Part shown: positions 60,077-64,000 of the stretch, in pieces
How the letters are laid out: each line of letters starts with the position of its first letter
Numbering within the stretch: the first letter of the stretch is position 1
Source: an uncultured Gammaproteobacteria bacterium
GTDB lineage: Bacteria; Pseudomonadota; Gammaproteobacteria; Xanthomonadales; SZUA-38
DNA length: 64,000 nt
NCBI GenBank assembly: GCA_964559945.1
Contig: CAZLJY010000003.1
Location: 5,209 to 69,208, forward strand
Direction of reading: 5' to 3'
Translations under genes and position numbers: made by a program
Notes under the pieces: model-generated
Told to the model about the DNA's origin: nothing
What the model saw: the letters and a program-made list of their open reading frames with translations, nothing else
Databases searched by the model: none

Positions 60077-60104
60077 TGGTCGCGGCGAACGCCGCGACCA
60101 TTTT
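60077..60104 (+). terminator. Rho-independent terminator after the phasin gene
   Basis: TGGTCGCGGC-GAAC-GCCGCGACCA followed by TTTT. Confidence 0.8.
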
Positions 60105-60106
60105 GG

Positions 60107-60994
60107 TTATAGGGAGTTGTAGATAAAGGTCACGATTTGCGCTGGCTTAATAAAAGTGGCGCCCCAGCTTGCGTCCCATTGTGCGCCCGGCTTCGCGTCA
60201 ATCGCTTCCTGTAAGGTTTTACCGCTAGTTTTCAATTCGGCAACCCGATCTCTTAACGCTACCAGCATGTCACGGTAAGCCTGCAGATCGTCTCGAGTGG
60301 ACAGGCCACCATGGCCTGGAATAATGCGGGTCTGCGCGTTGGCCAACATCAAGCCTTTGTTAACCGCATCAATGAGTCCGCCGATACTGCCCCCGGAATC
60401 CAGGTCAATAAAGGGATACATGCCATTGAAAAATGTGTCACCCATGTGCAAAACATTGGCGGTGGCAAAGTAAATTAACGCATCGCCATCGGTATGGGCG
60501 TTGGGGGCGTGGATTGCATGCACGCCGCCGTTCATCTGCAAGGTGACACGCTCAGTAAAGGTCACTCGCGGCAACGCAGCCGCAGGTGAGGCCGGGATGG
60601 TGCGGTTAAACATGGTGGAAACGTGTTCCGCCGACATGCGTTTATGCACATTATCGTGGGCAACGATCACGCTGCCAGCTTCACCAAATGCCTCGTTACC
60701 GCCGGAATGGTCTCCATGCCAATGGGTGTTGATCACAAAACTCACCGGATGCTCAGTAATGTCCCCAATGGCTGCACGAATCTTGTCGGCCAGCGGCGCA
60801 TATTGATCATCAACGATAAAGGCGCCGTCATCGCCTACTGAAAGACCAATATTGCCCCCAGCCCCCTGCAACATGTAAACACCGTCAGTCACCTTGATGG
60901 TGGAAATTTCAACTTTGGAAAAATCCTGCGCCCCGGCTGTCAGGGCGAAAAAGGCGGTAAAAAGTCCTACTACTGATCTTAAGGGTTGATTCAT
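60107..60994 (-). CDS. MBL-fold metallo-hydrolase, secreted
   Basis: Signal peptide MNQPLRSVVGLFTAFFALTAGAQ and the HxHxDH motif (NTHWHGDHSGGN), with downstream His/Asp ligands. Confidence 0.85.
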   Translation of the reverse strand: MNQPLRSVVGLFTAFFALTAGAQDFSKVEISTIKVTDGVYMLQGAGGNIGLSVGDDGAFIVDDQYAPLADKIRAAIGDITEHPVSFVINTHWHGDHSGGNEAFGEAGSVIVAHDNVHKRMSAEHVSTMFNRTIPASPAAALPRVTFTERVTLQMNGGVHAIHAPNAHTDGDALIYFATANVLHMGDTFFNGMYPFIDLDSGGSIGGLIDAVNKGLMLANAQTRIIPGHGGLSTRDDLQAYRDMLVALRDRVAELKTSGKTLQEAIDAKPGAQWDASWGATFIKPAQIVTFIYNSL

Positions 60995-61091
60995 AGCGTT
61001 TTCCCGTTGGCGATTCAGGCTCAGATTATGACAATCCACCCGCCAGCGCGCCATGGCTTATAATGGGCTCTGAACCGCACTGAGTAGCACA

Positions 61092-62402
61092 ATGACAGAT
61101 TCAAGTCCTCTAGGTGGCGCCCTTACTCGCCGAATTATCATCGGCATGGTCATTGGCGTGGTGATTGGAACGGCAATCAACGTCAGCGGCTGGCAATGGG
61201 GCGAACAGACCCTAGCACTGGGATTTTTCGACCTACTAGGACAACTGTTTTTAAAGCTTCTGATGATGCTAATGGTGCCGGTAGTACTGGTATCCCTGGT
61301 CTGCGGCGTCAGCTCACTGGCAGATCCCAAAGAACTTGGACGGCTGGGAGGCAAGGCCGTTGGCCTGTACATGCTCACCACCGGCCTTGCCATTGCCCTG
61401 GCAATCACCGTTGCCAGCATCGTTGGACCTGGACAGGGCTTTTCTCCGCCAGAGGTTTCCTATACGCCTCCGCCAAGTCAGTCACTTAGCCAAGTGATTC
61501 TGGGGATGGTGCCGCAAAACCCGATCAACGCCATGGCTGAGGCAAAAATGCTGCAGCTCATCATGTTTGCTGTGCTATTTGGTCTTGCAATATCCCTGGC
61601 CGGTGAATCCGGTCGTCGGATTAGAAATATTTTTTCTGACCTCAATGAAGTCGTAATGATGCTGGTTACGATGGTGATGCAGGTTGCACCGATAGGCGTC
61701 CTGGCCCTGATGGCAAAATTGTGCGCTACCTTAAATCTGCAGGAATTCGCCGAGGTATTGACCTATTTCCTGACCGTCGCATTTGTGTTGGCAGCCCATG
61801 GGCTGGTCACATACCCCCTGCTATTGAAACTGACAACCGGCCTTAACCCACTAACGTTCTTGAGCAAAATGCGCACGGTCATGACGTTTGCTTTCAGCAC
61901 CTCTTCCAGCAACGCTACCTTGCCGGTCACATTGCGCACCGCTGAGGAACGCCTCGGGGTGAATAAATCCGTGGCCTCTTTTACTGTTCCGCTGGGTGCC
62001 ACAATCAACATGGATGGCACCGCAATCATGCAAGGTTGCGCCACCATCTTTATCGCCAATGCTTACGGCATCGAGCTGACAATCGTGCAACTAATGACCG
62101 TCGTGTTGATGGCGGTACTAGCCTCGGTAGGCGCTGCCGGCGTACCCGGTGTAGGGATCATTTTGCTGGCCACAGTACTCGAGCAGGTTGGATTACCCGT
62201 TGAGGGTATTGCCTTAATACTCGGCGTTGACCGGTTACTGGATATGATGCGCACTGTCGTTAATGTCACCGGCGATGCCGCAGTAACCACCGTGGTTGCG
62301 CACTCCGAAAGTGAGATGGACATTGATCGATTTAACGATCCTGGGGCAGGCGTGCTAGTGGTGGACTCACCATCGCCGGAAACAGCGAACGCCGGCTCCT
62401 GA
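61092..62402 (+). CDS. Dicarboxylate/amino acid:cation symporter (DAACS/GltP family)
   Basis: Polytopic membrane protein with conserved SSSNATLP, ...GATINMDGTA..., and VDRLLDMMRTVVNVTGD motifs. Confidence 0.9.
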   Translation: MTDSSPLGGALTRRIIIGMVIGVVIGTAINVSGWQWGEQTLALGFFDLLGQLFLKLLMMLMVPVVLVSLVCGVSSLADPKELGRLGGKAVGLYMLTTGLAIALAITVASIVGPGQGFSPPEVSYTPPPSQSLSQVILGMVPQNPINAMAEAKMLQLIMFAVLFGLAISLAGESGRRIRNIFSDLNEVVMMLVTMVMQVAPIGVLALMAKLCATLNLQEFAEVLTYFLTVAFVLAAHGLVTYPLLLKLTTGLNPLTFLSKMRTVMTFAFSTSSSNATLPVTLRTAEERLGVNKSVASFTVPLGATINMDGTAIMQGCATIFIANAYGIELTIVQLMTVVLMAVLASVGAAGVPGVGIILLATVLEQVGLPVEGIALILGVDRLLDMMRTVVNVTGDAAVTTVVAHSESEMDIDRFNDPGAGVLVVDSPSPETANAGS

Positions 62403-62403
62403 T

Positions 62404-63288
62404 GTGCGTCGCCAGCTGCCGCACCTAAACCTGCTGCTGGCATTTGAACGTGCGGCGTACCATCGTAGTTTCAAACTGGCCGCCGCAGAGTTGCATGTCA
62501 CCCCGTCGGCGGTTAGTCACCGAATCCGCCAGTTGGAAGAAGATCTGGGTATCCCACTGTTTCAGCGCCTGCCGCGCTCGATTCGCCTAACGCCAGCTGG
62601 CCAAGCCTACTTTCGCGATGTACACCGGGCCTTCGCCAGGATAGAAAGCGGCACCGAGAAGCTCACCCACAGCTTTGGCCGCCAAGTACTCAGATTGCAC
62701 CTATTACCGTTTTTCGCCACAGAAATTCTGGTACCTAGGCTGCAGAGTTTTCAGGCTCAGCATCCCGAAATTGACTTGCACCTGGAGTCCTCCTTTGGCC
62801 GCAGCGAAACCCACCCAGACCATGCGGACATCTCAATCGGGTTGGGACAGGGCAGCTGGCCAGGCTTAGTCTCCAAACCGCTGATGGAGTTGGAACTGCA
62901 AGCGGTGTGTGCGCCTCAGCTTGCACAGTCCATTCGCCCCGATCACATCCAAGATATCAACCAACACCATGTGATCTATTTTGAAAGCAAGCTGGATGCT
63001 TGGGAGTTATGGGCCAGAGGGGTTGGCCTGAAAAAATTTGAGCCAGCGGGCACCATCACCATGGATAGCGTTTTCTCAGCCTTGCAGGCCGCTGAGCAGG
63101 GTTTGGGCATCGTCACCGCCGCACTGCCACTGACTGCGCAATGGCTACAACGGTCCCACCTGGTTCCTGCCTTTGAGCAGCGGGTCAAGATTCCCGATCG
63201 ATATTACGTGCTGTATCGCAAGGGGGATGACGTCCGTCCGACCGTGCAACGTTTCCTAGAATGGATTACCGAGGAATTCCGCCAATAA
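62404..63288 (+). CDS. LysR family transcriptional regulator (GcvA-like)
   Basis: LPHLNLLLAFERAAYHRSFKLAAAELHVTPSAVSHRIRQLEEDLG HTH region, followed by a LysR substrate-binding domain. GTG start 1 nt after the transporter stop. Confidence 0.88.
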   Translation: MRRQLPHLNLLLAFERAAYHRSFKLAAAELHVTPSAVSHRIRQLEEDLGIPLFQRLPRSIRLTPAGQAYFRDVHRAFARIESGTEKLTHSFGRQVLRLHLLPFFATEILVPRLQSFQAQHPEIDLHLESSFGRSETHPDHADISIGLGQGSWPGLVSKPLMELELQAVCAPQLAQSIRPDHIQDINQHHVIYFESKLDAWELWARGVGLKKFEPAGTITMDSVFSALQAAEQGLGIVTAALPLTAQWLQRSHLVPAFEQRVKIPDRYYVLYRKGDDVRPTVQRFLEWITEEFRQ

Positions 63289-63335
63289 ATTTCACCAACG
63301 ATCAGCCGGCATCTTTTCGCCAGTATCGAGATTGA

Positions 63336-64000
63336 CTAATGACCATCGGGTAATAGGCGTCGAAGCAGGCTTGACGTGTCCCAGCGGCCGCCGCCCACCT
63401 CTTGAAGTTCGCCGTAGAACTGATCAACCAGGGCCGCAACTTCCAATCGTGACCCATTGCGAGCGGCCTCCTCCAGGGCAATACCTAAATCTTTCCGCAT
63501 CCAGTCCACTGCAAAACCGAAGTCGTACTCGTCAGCCATCATGGTTTGACCCCGGTTATCCATTTGCCAGGACTGAGCCGCGCCTTTGGAAATAACCTCT
63601 AACACCTGGGCCTGGTCAAGGCCCGCATTGCCAGCGAACTGCAAACCTTCGGCAAGCCCTTGGATGAGTCCAGCCAGGCAGACCTGGTTCACCATTTTGC
63701 ATAGTTGGCCTGCTCCGCTATCGCCCAGGCGACGCACACTGCGCGAATAGCAATCCAAGATGGGTTTGGCCTTCTCAAATGCCGTTGCTTCACCACCAAC
63801 CATGACTGTCAGCTGGCCGTTTTCCGCGCCAGCCTGGCCACCCGACACGGGTGCATCCAAAAACGTTACTTGCAACTCGGCGCCCGCAATGGCCATTTCC
63901 CGTGCCACGGTGGCCGAAGTGGTGGTGTGATCAACCACAATGCCGCCGGCTTTCATTCCCGCCAAAATCCCACCGTTGCCCAACACCACCTGGCGAACAT
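63336..64000 (-). CDS. 3-hydroxyisobutyrate dehydrogenase-like NAD(P)-dependent oxidoreductase, 5' partial (runs off the right edge)
   Basis: GGIVVDHTTTSATVAREMA..., GAELQVTFLDAPVSGGQAGAENGQLTVMVGG, and ...KMVNQV.. motifs of the HIBADH/6-PGDH NAD-binding family. The frame stays open upstream of the caller's GTG at 63989 to the window end. Confidence 0.85.
   Translation of the reverse strand, partial: VRQVVLGNGGILAGMKAGGIVVDHTTTSATVAREMAIAGAELQVTFLDAPVSGGQAGAENGQLTVMVGGEATAFEKAKPILDCYSRSVRRLGDSGAGQLCKMVNQVCLAGLIQGLAEGLQFAGNAGLDQAQVLEVISKGAAQSWQMDNRGQTMMADEYDFGFAVDWMRKDLGIALEEAARNGSRLEVAALVDQFYGELQEVGGGRWDTSSLLRRLLPDGH

Overview
This is a 64 kb chromosomal window of about 55-57% GC. It is densely coded and looks gammaproteobacterial, probably a marine Cellvibrionales/Pseudomonadales-like organism; that guess rests on gene content and order only. 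I saw no rRNA, tRNA, CRISPR array, transposase or integrase.

Most of the window is recognisable housekeeping:
- A long collinear minus-strand block: yebC-ruvC-ruvA-ruvB-ybgC-tolQ-tolR-tolA-tolB-pal-ybgF(cpoB)-queE-queC.
- ppc.
- A four-gene kynurenine-pathway operon: 3-hydroxyanthranilate dioxygenase, kynureninase, kynurenine 3-monooxygenase and tryptophan 2,3-dioxygenase.
- panB.
- An Entner-Doudoroff block, ilvY-glk-zwf-pgl-edd, with a TonB-dependent receptor downstream.
- ilvC, LemA plus an M48 peptidase, a phasin, and assorted hydrolases, regulators and transporters.
- Both window edges cut genes: a large repeat adhesin on the left and a 3-hydroxyisobutyrate-dehydrogenase-like gene on the right.

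The most interesting region is a 7.5 kb plus-strand operon at about 16566-24088. Two paralogous, uncharacterised, signal-peptide-bearing proteins with four conserved cysteines (P1 at 16609-18033, P2 at 22767-24032) bracket a complete cell-surface-signalling set. That set is a private TonB paralog, an ECF sigma factor, a FecR-like anti-sigma factor and an STN-domain TonB-dependent transducer. A promoter-like motif, GTT-N-GGGGG-N16/17-CGT(C/T), occurs three times in the locus: before P1, before fecR and before P2. The P1 and P2 copies also share the 10-mer AACGTCTGCC. A perfect 13-bp tandem repeat overlaps the sigma-factor stop codon.

Secondary oddities:
- A single in-frame TGA separates a cNMP-binding-like ORF from an HDOD ORF.
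- A translationally coupled trio encodes a small membrane protein, a TAXI-type binding protein with a C-terminal TM/coiled-coil tail, and a TlpA-like lipoprotein.
- A 24-bp perfect palindrome sits next to a terminator downstream of a TonB-dependent receptor.

All functional calls come from reading motifs in the supplied translations. No database search was run.
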